Source: Escherichia coli (GTDB lineage: Bacteria; Pseudomonadota; Gammaproteobacteria; Enterobacterales; Enterobacteriaceae). From it: DNA of 64,000 nucleotides. The notes beneath the pieces were generated by a model, which had not been told where the DNA came from, did no database searches, and saw nothing but the letters and a program-made list of their open reading frames with translations. Position numbers and translations under genes: made by a program. Location: NCBI RefSeq assembly GCF_003334765.1, contig NZ_QOWT01000020.1. One strand, written 5' to 3'. Of this stretch, positions 1-10,604 are shown one piece after another. Each line of letters starts with the position of its first letter. Positions within the stretch are counted from its first letter, which is position 1.

Positions 1-548
1 ATAAAGATTTAGCCGAAACCGCACTTTATCAATTACAGGTGACAACAAAATCACCGATGGGTGCGCTTGTCTATGGCTCCGGAGGTCTGCTGATTGATAA
101 TGGTTGGTTACGCATAGCAGGATCTGGTCACCCCCGGTTGCCACGAGATCCAGTAAGTTGGACACAACGCCCTGAATTCGCAGGCGTGCGGGCTTTACCC
201 ATCGCTGACGATGTCGCAGGGGGAATTTTTGCTCTTAATGGTGGCGATCTTGGGGAAGATACTGGCTGCGTTTATTATTTTGCGCCAGATACGCTGAATT
301 GGGAAAGTCTGGAAGTTGGATATTCTGAGTTTCTTCAGTGGGCATTATCCGGTGATTTAGATACCTTCTATGAAAATGTACGATGGCAGCAATGGCGAGA
401 AGACGTAATAAAATTATCGGCAACGGAAGCCTTCACGTTCTACCCTTTCTTATGGGTACAAAGTGAAGAAGCAAGAACAAGAAAAGTTATTTCGCTTACT
501 GAACTCTGGGAAATGCAGTATCAAATGAAAGAAACATTCACGCAATAA
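1..548 (+). CDS. hypothetical protein, YbfG-like, probably 5'-truncated by the window edge
   Basis: ORF track 39..548 (169 aa, GTG at 39); the frame has no stop between nt 3 and 38, so the gene may start upstream of the window. Convergent with ybfP, as expected downstream of pgm-ybfP. Confidence 0.45.
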   Translation, partial: KDLAETALYQLQVTTKSPMGALVYGSGGLLIDNGWLRIAGSGHPRLPRDPVSWTQRPEFAGVRALPIADDVAGGIFALNGGDLGEDTGCVYYFAPDTLNWESLEVGYSEFLQWALSGDLDTFYENVRWQQWREDVIKLSATEAFTFYPFLWVQSEEARTRKVISLTELWEMQYQMKETFTQ

Positions 549-560
549 GACATGTTCAGG

Positions 561-579
561 TCCGGGTTTCATTCCCGGA
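561..579. terminator. hairpin TCCGGG-N7-CCCGGA between convergent genes
   Basis: Inverted repeat read directly in the 40-nt gap between the ybfG-like stop and the ybfP stop. Confidence 0.3.
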
Positions 580-588
580 CTCACTATT

Positions 589-1083
589 TTAATGTGTATT
601 TATCGCTTTCAATTCTTGCTGGCAATTTTCTGACTGGCAGCGTCGTAACTCAATAATCCCGACATGCATCATCGAGCCAAAAAATCCGCTTTCGCTGACA
701 TAATCCTCATTGACTATCGGTCGAGTGCCGGGCTTGCCCTGGCAAACCCGCATAAAAAATGAGGTGTAGCATTGCCAACCGGGATTTAAACCGACCTTTT
801 CTTGTGCTGACATATTATGAAGATAAGTAAGTTCTTTTTCGTTCCCGCCTGACAACTGCCAGCGGCGGGTATTATCAGGTAAGTTATCACCACGGCAATT
901 TGTCTTACACCGGAAAGGTGCAATATTTACCGCAATGCTACCCGTTAATCCTCTGGTTTTATCTTTAGGGGTCAGTAACCAGTCGCCAGCTAATGATGAT
1001 TGTTCAGGTTGGGCGCATGCAGTCAGCAGTAATGTGGCGGTAATTAGTGACACTATGACGACCAGACTCCTGTTGGTCTTCAT
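589..1083 (-). CDS. ybfP: lipoprotein YbfP
   Basis: 164-aa ORF with lipoprotein signal (LLLTAC lipobox); immediately downstream of pgm. Confidence 0.85.
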   Translation of the reverse strand: MKTNRSLVVIVSLITATLLLTACAQPEQSSLAGDWLLTPKDKTRGLTGSIAVNIAPFRCKTNCRGDNLPDNTRRWQLSGGNEKELTYLHNMSAQEKVGLNPGWQCYTSFFMRVCQGKPGTRPIVNEDYVSESGFFGSMMHVGIIELRRCQSENCQQELKAINTH

Positions 1084-1133
1084 TGGGATTTCCTTGAGCT
1101 ACTCAGTTTGTTGACAAAGTGTTCGTTGTTTTT

Positions 1134-1232
1134 GCCGGATGCGGCGTGAACGCCTTATCCGGCCTACAAAATCGCTTAAATTCAATATATTGCACCATCC
1201 TCGTAGGCCTGATAAGCGTAGCGCATCAGGCA
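1134..1232. repeat. REP/BIME element, RIP-type (two inverted REPs flanking a CAATATATTG core)
   Basis: GCCGGATGCGGCGTGAACGCCTTATCCGGCCTAC ... AATATATTG ... GTAGGCCTGATAAGCGTAGCGCATCAGGC read directly. Confidence 0.8.
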
Positions 1233-1252
1233 ATTCTGTGTTTGTCATACGT

Positions 1253-1286
1253 AAAAAAGGGCGATCTTGCGACCGCCCTTTTTTTA
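1253..1286. terminator. intrinsic terminator downstream of pgm (bidirectional hairpin flanked by A and T runs)
   Basis: AAAAAAGGGCGATCTTGCGACCGCCCTTTTTTT. Confidence 0.7.
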
Positions 1287-1296
1287 TTAAATGTGT

Positions 1297-2937
1297 TTAC
1301 GCGTTTTTCAGAACTTCGCTAACAATCTCAACCGCTTCTTTCTCAATCTGCTTGCGATGTTCTTCACCGAGGAAGCTTTCGCAGTAGATCTTATATGCGT
1401 CTTCCGTGCCTGACGGACGCGCGGCGAACCAGCCGTTGTCAGTCATCACTTTCAGACCGCCAATAGAAGCACCGTTGCCCGGAGCAGCAGTCAGGCGCGC
1501 GGTGATCGGGTCACCTGCCAGGGTGCTGGCGCTCACCATTTCCGGAGACAGCTTAGACAGCGCCGCTTTTTGTGCGGAAGTCGCAGCTGCCTGCAAACGG
1601 TTGTAGCTCGGCGCACCAAAGCGTTTTGCCAGTTCGTTGTAGTGTTCCTGCGGGTTCTTACCGGTGACAGCGGTGATTTCCGCCGCCAGCAGACACATGA
1701 TGATGCCGTCTTTGTCGGTGGACCACGGCGTGCCGTCGAAACGCAGGAAGGAAGCCCCTGCACTCTCTTCGCCGCCAAAGCCGAAGCTGCCGTCGAACAG
1801 ACCATCGACAAACCATTTGAAACCTACCGGGACTTCTACCAGTTTACGGCCCAAGTCGTTGACCACACGGTCGATCATCGCAGATGAAACCAGCGTTTTA
1901 CCGACGGCAACATCTTTGCCCCACTGCGGACGATGCTGGAACAGGTAATTGATTGCCACCGCCAGGTAGTGGTTCGGATTCATCAAACCTGCCGGAGTGA
2001 CGATACCGTGACGGTCATAATCCGGGTCGTTAGCAAACGCCAGATCGAACTTATCACGCAGTGCCAGCAGGCCCGCCATCGCACACTCGGAGGAGCAGTC
2101 CATACGGATCGCGCCGTCTTTATCAAGGTGCATAAAGCGGAAGGTTTGATCGACCTGATCGTTAACGATAGTCAGGTTGAGGTTGTAATACTCGCCAATA
2201 CGCTTCCAGTATTCGATACCGGAACCGCCCAGCGGATCAACGCCCAGCGTCAGGCCCGCTTTCTGAATCGCGGCCATATCAACGATATCGGCCAGACCTT
2301 CCACGAACGGCTGCACCAGATCCTGCTCTTTCACATGACCGGATGCCATCGCTTCGTCGAGGGAGATACGCTTCACGCCTTTCAGGCCATCGGCCAGCAG
2401 TGCGTTGGCCCTGTCTTCCACCACTTTAGTGACGTTGGTATCAGCCGGGCCACCATTTGGCGGATTGTATTTGATTCCACCATCTTCCGGCGGGTTATGG
2501 GACGGTGTAATCACGATACCGTCTGCCAGCGGGCCACCTTTTTTATTGTGAACCAGGATGGCATTGGAAACGGCAGGCGTCGGGGTGAAGCCATTGTTTT
2601 CCTGCACAATGACATCAACGCCGTTCGCTGCCAGCACTTCCAGAACGGAAATGAATGCAGGTTCGGACAGGGCGTGAGTATCTTTACCCACATAGCAAGG
2701 GCCAGTGATGCCGTTTTTCGCACGTTCTTCAGCAATTGCCTGAGCGATCGCCAGAATGTGCGGCTCGTTAAAGCTGTGGCGCGCTGCACTGCCACGGTGA
2801 CCGGAAGTACCGAATTTCACCGCGTGCTCCGCATTCCCTGCTTCTGGTTTCAGTACATAATATTGCGCCGTCAGTTGGGCGACGTTAATCAAATCACTCT
2901 GTTGTGCAGGTTGGCCTGCACGATTGTGGATTGCCAT
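1297..2937 (-). CDS. pgm: phosphoglucomutase
   Basis: ORF 1297..2988; protein recognised from [19 protein letters not shown] and the TSGHRGS / GGPADTN motifs; internal Met chosen to give 546 aa. Confidence 0.95.
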
Positions 2938-2962
2938 TGCTTTGTCCTTTGTCTGCAACGTT

Positions 2963-3508
2963 TTAGATAGTTCCGCAAACCTTCTCAATCAATTCCGCCG
3001 GGAATTGCATCGACTGCATGATGTGTTCGATCATGCTGCATTTACGGCCGGTGTTGGTGTTGGTGATCACCCAATACGGCGTGCCTGGCACATGTTTCGG
3101 CTTGGTCTGATTACCATTTTTCAGCAGCGTTTGTTCATCTGCCGCAAAGTAAACGCGTGTACGACCGTGCAACGATTCCGTTGCTTCGGCAAACGCCTGG
3201 GCGTCAAGAGAATATAGTGTAGACAACAGCAGCATAAAGCGATTGACCGCTCGCTTTTGCTCTGCGTATTCATCCGAAAGCAGAAGTTCACGCATTGCGC
3301 GAACCTTGTCTTTAATCGTTTTGACCGGCTTCGCTTCGACGATAGCAGGTGACGCAACGCGAACCTCTTTCGTCACCGGAGCAGCAGGCTGTGATGCGGC
3401 GGAAAATTTCAACATACGCCGTAAAATGTCGGATGCGCTCTCGCCGATATGCTTAGTGTGGCTGGCAATATAGCTGTAGAGTTCATCATCAACTTCAATC
3501 GTTTTCAT
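2963..3508 (-). CDS. seqA: replication sequestration protein SeqA
   Basis: ORF 2963..3643 contains [35 protein letters not shown]; internal start gives 181 aa. Confidence 0.95.
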
Positions 3509-3692
3509 CTTAATCCAGTGCAGTGTCTTAGCTGAATACAAGTCGCCAGGAGTATATGAATAAATCCCGGCAGCGGATAGCGTCAAGCCTGGCTTGCAGA
3601 AAAACTCGGAATAAACCTTATTTGTTGCAGCCCTGTGGCACAATGGTCAACATAATACCCTAACCCGACAACGCGAAAAAAAGAACTTTGCC

Positions 3693-4457
3693 ATGAAATT
3701 GAATATCCGCGCGCAAACTGCACAAAACCAGCACAATAATTCTCCCATCGTTCTTGTCCACGGTCTGTTTGGCAGCCTCGACAACCTTGGCGTACTGGCT
3801 CGCGATCTGGTAAACGATCACAATATCATCCAGGTTGATATGCGTAACCACGGTCTTTCACCGAGAGATCCGGTAATGAATTACCCGGCGATGGCGCAGG
3901 ATCTTGTTGATACTCTGGATGCACAGCAGATCGACAAAGCAACATTTATCGGTCACTCCATGGGCGGTAAAGCGGTAATGGCACTTACTGCACTAGCCTC
4001 CGATCGCATCGATAAACTGGTGGCGATCGATATCGCGCCGGTCGACTATCACGTACGCCGTCATGATGAGATTTTTGCGGCTATCAACGCGGTCAGTGAA
4101 TCGGACGCACAAACTCGCCAGCAAGCAGCAGCAATAATGCGCCAGCATCTTAATGAAGAAGGGGTGATTCAGTTTCTGCTGAAATCTTTTGTTGACGGGG
4201 AGTGGCGCTTTAACGTGCCGGTATTGTGGGATCAGTATCCGCATATTGTAGGTTGGGAGAAAATCCCGGCATGGGATCACCCTGCCCTGTTTATCCCTGG
4301 CGGCAATTCTCCGTATGTTAGCGAGCAGTACCGTGATGATTTACTGGCTCAATTTCCACAGGCACGGGCGCATGTGATTGCAGGCGCGGGTCACTGGGTC
4401 CATGCTGAAAAACCGGATGCGGTATTACGCGCTATCCGTCGCTATCTCAATGATTAA
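3693..4457 (+). CDS. ybfF: alpha/beta-hydrolase esterase YbfF
   Basis: 254-aa ORF with GHSMGG nucleophile elbow; divergent from seqA. Confidence 0.9.
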   Translation: MKLNIRAQTAQNQHNNSPIVLVHGLFGSLDNLGVLARDLVNDHNIIQVDMRNHGLSPRDPVMNYPAMAQDLVDTLDAQQIDKATFIGHSMGGKAVMALTALASDRIDKLVAIDIAPVDYHVRRHDEIFAAINAVSESDAQTRQQAAAIMRQHLNEEGVIQFLLKSFVDGEWRFNVPVLWDQYPHIVGWEKIPAWDHPALFIPGGNSPYVSEQYRDDLLAQFPQARAHVIAGAGHWVHAEKPDAVLRAIRRYLND

Positions 4458-4460
4458 CGC

Positions 4461-4480
4461 AACTGATTAAAAACCCAGCG
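4461..4480 (+). promoter_or_regulatory. possible LexA (SOS) box upstream of ybfE
   Basis: AACTGATTAAAAACCCAGCG resembles CTGT-N8-ACAG with two core mismatches; ybfE is reported as LexA-regulated. Confidence 0.3.
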
Positions 4481-4596
4481 TCCGCGTCGCTTTCCGCGCG
4501 TGGGCGTTGGCGTGACTCATCGCGCTGATGTATTATGGCGCGCTATCCATCCGGGCAGAGGCCTGGCTGATTGTTTCCCCCGAAGTCACCAAGATC

Positions 4597-4890
4597 ATGG
4601 CCAAAGAACAAACGGACCGTACGACATTAGATCTGTTCGCGCACGAGCGTCGACCGGGACGACCGAAAACTAATCCGCTTTCGCGCGATGAACAGCTGCG
4701 TATTAATAAACGCAACCAGCTAAAACGCGACAAAGTACGTGGCCTTAAGCGTGTCGAACTGAAGCTGAACGCGGAAGCTGTCGAGGCGCTGAACGAGCTG
4801 GCGGAGTCGCGCAATATGAGCCGTAGCGAACTGATCGAAGAGATGTTAATGCAGCAACTGGCGGCGCTGCGTAGTCAGGGCATCGTTTAA
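4597..4890 (+). CDS. ybfE: LexA-regulated CopG-family protein YbfE
   Basis: ORF 4528..4890; internal start [10 protein letters not shown] gives 97 aa. Confidence 0.8.
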   Translation: MAKEQTDRTTLDLFAHERRPGRPKTNPLSRDEQLRINKRNQLKRDKVRGLKRVELKLNAEAVEALNELAESRNMSRSELIEEMLMQQLAALRSQGIV

Positions 4891-5029
4891 ATTTCCACTT
4901 TCATGTAGCACAGTGTGCAGTCCTGCTCGTTTGCTGATTCCGCAAGACTGCCTGTTCTGCTATGATTGCCTTTATCCGTGGGCAATTTTCCACCCCCATT
5001 TCAATAAGTTTCAAGAGGTTATTTCACTC

Positions 5030-5560
5030 ATGGCTATCACTGGCATCTTTTTCGGCAGCGACACCGGTAATACCGAAAATATCGCAAAAATGATTCAAAA
5101 ACAGCTTGGTAAAGACGTTGCCGATGTCCATGACATTGCAAAAAGCAGCAAAGAAGATCTGGAAGCTTATGACATTCTGCTGCTGGGCATCCCAACCTGG
5201 TATTACGGCGAAGCGCAGTGTGACTGGGATGACTTCTTCCCGACTCTCGAAGAGATTGATTTCAACGGCAAACTGGTTGCGCTGTTTGGTTGTGGTGACC
5301 AGGAAGATTACGCCGAATATTTCTGCGACGCATTGGGCACCATCCGCGACATCATTGAACCGCGCGGTGCAACCATCGTTGGTCACTGGCCAACTGCGGG
5401 CTATCATTTCGAAGCATCAAAAGGTCTGGCAGATGACGACCACTTTGTCGGTCTGGCTATCGACGAAGACCGTCAGCCGGAACTGACCGCTGAACGTGTA
5501 GAAAAATGGGTTAAACAGATTTCTGAAGAGTTGCATCTCGACGAAATTCTCAATGCCTGA
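5030..5560 (+). CDS. fldA: flavodoxin 1
   Basis: [20 protein letters not shown] flavodoxin N-terminus; internal start gives 176 aa. Confidence 0.95.
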
Positions 5561-5568
5561 TGTGATGC

Positions 5569-5590
5569 GGCGTAGACTCATGTCTACGCC
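5569..5590 (+). terminator. hairpin downstream of fldA (weak, partial read-through likely)
   Basis: GGCGTAGAC-TCA-TGTCTACGCC inverted repeat directly after the fldA stop; no strong T-run. Confidence 0.35.
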
Positions 5591-5595
5591 GTATT

Positions 5596-5625
5596 AATAG
5601 ATAATGCCAATCAAAATAATTGCTA
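5596..5625 (+). promoter_or_regulatory. Fur box-like operator upstream of uof-fur
   Basis: AATAGATAATGCCAATCAAAATAATTGC contains GATAAT/ATAATTG repeats typical of Fur sites; fur is autoregulated. Confidence 0.4.
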
Positions 5626-5769
5626 CAAATTTGTAACTTTTGCTGTTGTACCTGTACAATGTCCCGGTGTTCAAGTGGCCTTGCCGTTGTAAATGTAAGC
5701 TGTGCCACGTTTTTATTAACAATATTTGCCAGGGACTTGTGGTTTTCATTTAGGCGTGGCAATTCTATA

Positions 5770-5856
5770 ATGATACGCATTATCTCAAGAGCAAATTCTG
5801 TCACTTCTTCTAATGAAGTGAACCGCTTAGTAACAGGACAGATTCCGCATGACTGA
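5770..5856 (+). CDS. uof: upstream leader peptide of fur (Uof)
   Basis: 28-aa ORF MIRIISRANSVTSSNEVNRLVTGQIPHD whose stop overlaps the fur ATG. Confidence 0.7.
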   Translation: MIRIISRANSVTSSNEVNRLVTGQIPHD

Positions 5857-6295
5857 TAACAATACCGCCCTAAAGAAAGCTGGCCTGAAAGTAACGCTTC
5901 CTCGTTTAAAAATCCTGGAAGTTCTTCAGGAGCCGGACAACCATCACGTCAGTGCGGAAGATTTATACAAACGTCTGATCGATATGGGTGAAGAAATTGG
6001 TCTGGCTACGGTATATCGCGTACTGAACCAGTTTGACGACGCTGGTATCGTCACCCGCCACAATTTTGAAGGCGGTAAATCCGTATTTGAACTGACACAG
6101 CAACATCACCACGATCACCTGATCTGCCTCGACTGCGGCAAGGTTATCGAATTTAGTGATGATTCCATCGAAGCGCGTCAGCGTGAAATTGCCGCAAAAC
6201 ATGGCATTCGCCTGACTAACCACAGTCTCTATCTTTACGGTCACTGTGCCGAAGGCGATTGCCGCGAAGATGAACATGCGCACGAAGGCAAATAA
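5849..6295 (+). CDS. fur: ferric uptake regulator Fur
   Basis: 148-aa ORF MTDNNTALKKAGLKVTLPRLKILEVL with HHHDH and CxxC motifs. Confidence 0.97.
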   Translation: MTDNNTALKKAGLKVTLPRLKILEVLQEPDNHHVSAEDLYKRLIDMGEEIGLATVYRVLNQFDDAGIVTRHNFEGGKSVFELTQQHHHDHLICLDCGKVIEFSDDSIEARQREIAAKHGIRLTNHSLYLYGHCAEGDCREDEHAHEGK

Positions 6296-6313
6296 GCCAG
6301 CCTGAACGAGAAA

Positions 6314-6339
6314 AGCCAACCTGCGGGTTGGCTTTTTTA
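6314..6339. terminator. bidirectional intrinsic terminator between fur and chiQ
   Basis: AGCCAACCTGCGGGTTGGCTTTTTTAT. Confidence 0.75.
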
Positions 6340-6378
6340 TGCAAGGGAAATAAGAAAAGCGAGAGTTACAGCTCTCAC

Positions 6379-6705
6379 TTATTTGTTATTACTGCGTATT
6401 TCCTGCCAGACTTTATCACAATCGGCTTTCACCGCCTGATCATTTCCGGTTTGCGTTGCACGCAGACACTGCTGATAATCCAGTACGCGTACACTTTCCT
6501 GGTCGGCAAACTGCTGATGTTGTTTCTCTTTCTTCAGCACGTTTAACACGCTCTGGCAGGCTTCAATTTTTTCTGGCGAACCTTGTGCGGTGTTGATACA
6601 GGCGCTGTATGCCTCTTTCAGACGACTGTCTTCCTGTGGCGCGGTTGATTGCGCACAAGCTACCAGCCCCGATGCCATTATGGCGATGAGAATCAGTTTT
6701 TTCAT
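6379..6705 (-). CDS. chiQ: lipoprotein ChiQ (YbfN)
   Basis: 108-aa ORF with lipoprotein signal (LVACAQ), downstream of chiP in the same operon. Confidence 0.85.
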   Translation of the reverse strand: MKKLILIAIMASGLVACAQSTAPQEDSRLKEAYSACINTAQGSPEKIEACQSVLNVLKKEKQHQQFADQESVRVLDYQQCLRATQTGNDQAVKADCDKVWQEIRSNNK

Positions 6706-6754
6706 AGCAAATTCCTCAAACGTGCGGCAGGCACAAAACCTGCCGCGTCGGGCA

Positions 6755-8161
6755 TCAGAAGATGGTGAATGGTGCGATTACCATAAATTTCACGTCACGC
6801 TCATCCTGGAAGATGTTGCCGTAACCACCGCCCCAGCTTGGGATGTCGGAGTGGTTGTCGTATTCGGTGAAATGCAGTTTGAACATCGTGCCTTTGGCGC
6901 GACCGTCCTGAATGGTATAGACCGCATCCAGGCTGTAGGCAGACTCTTCAATAGTCCGGTTTTTGTCGTAGTACGCATCCGGATTGCTCTGCCAGGTCGC
7001 AGGTTTAGCATCCCATGCGTAAACGTAGGAAGCGCCGATGGCGAAGCCTGGAAGATTCCAGTTTTTCAGGTCATACATCGCACCGAAGAAGACCGCTTTT
7101 TCGCCGTTGGCGTTGAAGTCAGAACGGTTATCCCACCAGATATCCAGGCGACCGTTTGAGGAAGCGTAGGTTGGAGTCATACGTTGCAGGAAGTATCCCT
7201 GCTGACCGTCAGCCTTAACCCAGGTGCCTTCGAGGCGCAAATCCACTACGTCAGCCGCCCAGTAACCAAAGGTCAACGCTTGCAGCCAGGCGGTGCCGTC
7301 ATAAAGGTCGTTGACGCTGCGATCGTCAACTTTATCTCGGGTACCGTAGAACTGGTAGCTGGTGGTTAACGGGCTACCGGCGATATCAAATTTGTAGCTG
7401 GCTTTGGCAAAATATTGATCGATATACCCTTCCGCCTGACCAAATGCCGCTTCCAGTACGAAGTTATTTTTGAAGTCGTATTTCGCCCCAAAGGAGTGCA
7501 GATAATCAACTTTGGTGGTTTTATCGTTCTGATAAAACTCATCCATTTCCAGATGCCACGGCGCTTTGTATTCGTTGGTCCACATGTAGGAGAAACTCAA
7601 CGCACCAGCATCGCCGTAATCAAAATTCGCCCCGGCTTCCGCCCCCTGATAAGTACCTGGCATAAAGCTCCAGTGCGGCGCTAACAGCGTTTGACCAGTT
7701 GGCTGAATGTAACCTGCCCTCGCCCAAACCGGACCGTATTTAAATTTGGCCGCAGCTTTATACAGGCTTATACCGCTTTTGTCGCCGGACCAGTCTTCGT
7801 CATAGGCTTTATTACTTTTTGAAAACGCGATTTCGTTCGGGTGGGAGCTGTCGCCGTTTTCCGCCATTTCAATCGCCGTAAACGCAGCAATATCAAGGCC
7901 GAACATATCAGCAGCATAACCGGACTGAAAATCGAGGTTGGCATTCCAGGTGGAGTGAGAAAGGTTGGTTTTGTATTTGTCGCCGTCGGTAACATCTTTA
8001 CGGTCGCGTTCACGCTGCCAGTAATAGATACCGCCGGTTAAGGTTGAATCGTCGATGAATCCTTCGGCGCGAGCCTCCGGCATTGCCATAAAGCCCGACA
8101 TTGCTGTAACACCGGCGATAGCCAGCGCCAGCGTACTACGTTTGCCACTAAACGTACGCAT
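6755..8161 (-). CDS. chiP: chitoporin ChiP (YbfM), OprD-family outer-membrane porin
   Basis: 468-aa ORF with signal peptide and C-terminal aromatic residue (…APFTIF). Confidence 0.9.
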   Translation of the reverse strand: MRTFSGKRSTLALAIAGVTAMSGFMAMPEARAEGFIDDSTLTGGIYYWQRERDRKDVTDGDKYKTNLSHSTWNANLDFQSGYAADMFGLDIAAFTAIEMAENGDSSHPNEIAFSKSNKAYDEDWSGDKSGISLYKAAAKFKYGPVWARAGYIQPTGQTLLAPHWSFMPGTYQGAEAGANFDYGDAGALSFSYMWTNEYKAPWHLEMDEFYQNDKTTKVDYLHSFGAKYDFKNNFVLEAAFGQAEGYIDQYFAKASYKFDIAGSPLTTSYQFYGTRDKVDDRSVNDLYDGTAWLQALTFGYWAADVVDLRLEGTWVKADGQQGYFLQRMTPTYASSNGRLDIWWDNRSDFNANGEKAVFFGAMYDLKNWNLPGFAIGASYVYAWDAKPATWQSNPDAYYDKNRTIEESAYSLDAVYTIQDGRAKGTMFKLHFTEYDNHSDIPSWGGGYGNIFQDERDVKFMVIAPFTIF

Positions 8162-8482
8162 GGGTTAATCCTCTTTGACGTATAAATTGCTGCACCAAAG
8201 GTGAACAGCGAAAAAATAAAAATTAAAAAAGTAGCGTTGAGAAAAGTCTCGCTGACTACAGGAACAGACTATTTTTCGCGACGCGAATTATCAATCTCTT
8301 TCTGTAACCAGAATGTAAGAACATGAGCAACCGCACATATTTTGATGATTTTTGTTACAAGGCTTAAGTTTGCGGTTGAAAGGCTTGCAGAAGAATAAAA
8401 GCGTGAAATTCCAGCAAGATGAAAGCGGTTACATTTTATTTAATTATGTTTTGTTATTTTAAATTTATTTTATGGATAAATT

Positions 8483-8506
8483 GCGAAGCGGAATTAATTC
8501 GCGAAG
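8483..8506. promoter_or_regulatory. palindrome GAATTAATTC with TTAATTCG motif, candidate NagC operator in the chiP upstream region
   Basis: Shares TTAATTCG with the nagE-nagB operator at 12673..12697; chiP is reported as NagC-repressed. Confidence 0.3.
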
Positions 8507-8510
8507 AAAA

Positions 8511-8541
8511 GCAGAAAAAACGCCGCTGAACGCGGCGTTTT
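8511..8541 (-). terminator. intrinsic terminator downstream of glnS
   Basis: AAAAAAACGCCGCTGAACGCGGCGTTTT; read on the minus strand the hairpin is followed by a U-run. Confidence 0.55.
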
Positions 8542-8560
8542 GGATTGTTTGCTGTTTCTT

Positions 8561-8724
8561 GCCGGATGCGGCGTGAACGCCTTATCCGGCCTACAAAAGC
8601 ACGCAAACTCAATATATTGCAGAGATCATGTAGGCCTGATAAGCGTAGCGCATCAGGCAATTTAGCGTTTGAAACTGTTTGTCTGTTCCTTGCCGGATGC
8701 GACGTAAACGCCCCATCCGGCATA
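8561..8724. repeat. BIME/RIP cluster: REP, CAATATATTG core, inverted REP, plus a third REP
   Basis: REP copies at about 8561-8594, 8630-8659 and 8692-8724; near-identical to the element at 1134..1232. Confidence 0.8.
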
Positions 8725-8737
8725 GCGAAACTTAAAA

Positions 8738-10402
8738 TTACTCGCCTACTTTCGCCCAGGTATCACGCAGCCCAACGGTGCGGTTAAATACCGGTTTTTC
8801 CGCCGTAGAATGGCGGCTATCGAGGCAGAAGTAACCTTCACGCTCAAACTGGAATGCTTTACCCGCAACCGCATCTTTCAGCGACGGTTCAGCAAAGCCC
8901 TGTTTGATCACCAGCGATTCCGGGTTAATCACCGACAGGAAATCATCCGCAGCACCTGGGTTAGGCACGCTGAACAGACGGTCATACAAACGGATTTCAA
9001 CCGGCAGCGCATGTGCCGCGCTCACCCAGTGAATAACACCTTTGACTTTACGACCATCTGCCGGATCTTTGCTTAAGGTATCGGCGTCATAAGTACAGAA
9101 GATGGTGGTGATATTACCTTCGGCATCTTTCTCGACGCGTTCTGCCTTAATCACATAAGCATTACGCAGACGCACTTCTTTACCCAGCACCAGACGTTTG
9201 TACTGCTTGTTAGCTTCTTCGCGGAAATCGGCGCGATCAATCCAAATCTCACCGCTAAACGGCACCTGACGGCTGCCCATTTCCGGTTTGTTCGGATGGT
9301 TCGGCATGGTAACCATTTCGCCTTCGCCCTGATAGTTTTCGATAACCAGTTTCACCGGATCGATAACCGCCATTGCGCGCGGCGCATTTTCGTTGAGATC
9401 TTCACGGATGCAGGATTCCAGCGACGCCATCTCAATGGTGTTGTCCTGCTTGGTCACGCCGATGCGTTTGCAGAACTCACGAATAGAAGCCGCAGTGTAA
9501 CCACGACGACGCAGACCGGAAATGGTCGGCATACGCGGGTCATCCCAGCCTTCAACGTGCTTGTCGGTCACCAGCAGGTTCAACTTACGCTTGGACATCA
9601 CGGTGTATTCCAGATTCAGGCGCGAGAACTCATACTGGCGCGGGTGAACAGGAATCGTGATGTTGTCCAGTACCCAGTCGTACAGACGACGGTTGTCCTG
9701 GAACTCAAGCGTACACAGAGAGTGCGTAATACCTTCCAGGGCATCGCTGATGCAGTGGGTGAAGTCGTACATCGGGTAGATGCACCACTTGTTGCCAGTC
9801 TGGTGGTGTTCAGCAAATTTAATACGGTACAGCACCGGATCGCGCATCACGATAAACGGTGAAGCCATGTCGATTTTCGCACGCAGGCAGGCTTTACCTT
9901 CTTCAAAACCACCGGCACGCATTTTTTCGAACAGCGCCAGGTTCTCTTCAACGCTGCGGTCGCGGTACGGGCTGTTTTTACCCGGTTGCGTCAGGGTGCC
10001 GCGGTATTCGCGGATCTGTTCCGGCGTCAGTTCATCAACGTACGCCAGGCCTTTATTGATCAGTTCGATCGCATAGGCGTGGAGCTGATCAAAATAATCG
10101 GAGGAGTAACGGACGTTACCAGACCAGTGAAAACCTAACCACTCTACGTCGTTTTTGATCGACTCAACATACTCGATATCTTCTTTTACCGGGTTAGTGT
10201 CGTCGAAACGCAGGTTGCACTGGCCTTTATAGTCCTGGGCGATCCCGAAGTTCAGGCAGATAGATTTCGCATGGCCAATATGCAGATAGCCATTCGGCTC
10301 CGGCGGGAAACGGGTGTGTACTGTGGTGTGCTTACCACTGGCCAGATCTTCATCGATGATCTGACGGATAAAGTTAGTCGGGCGGGCTTCTGCCTCACTC
10401 AT
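8738..10402 (-). CDS. glnS: glutaminyl-tRNA synthetase
   Basis: 554-aa [23 protein letters not shown] with HIGH (HIGHAK) and VMSKR motifs. Confidence 0.97.
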
Positions 10403-10604
10403 CGTGGATTCCTCAAAGCGTAAACAACGTATAACGGCGTATGATCTTATAAGCGGGACAGGCTGACAACTGTTAGTTTTTTAAAATTGATAATCTAACA
10501 AGGATTATGGGGATGATTGATGAAAAAAAAAGCGGCAGAGAAGATCTCCACCGCTTGTCATTGTTGGATGCGACGCTCAAGCGTCGCATCAGGCATAAAG
10601 CAGA

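Noticed and set aside
1119-1387. Small ORFs translating REP elements (1119..1322, 1139..1387, 8545..8787, 16888..17121)
   Set aside because: They run through palindromic REP/BIME repeats and a terminator hairpin; their rare-looking composition comes from the repeat sequence.
8561-8724. Possible CRISPR array, considered because of repeated palindromic units
   Set aside because: The repeats are REP-type imperfect palindromes in alternating orientation without regular unique spacers, and there are no cas genes in the window.
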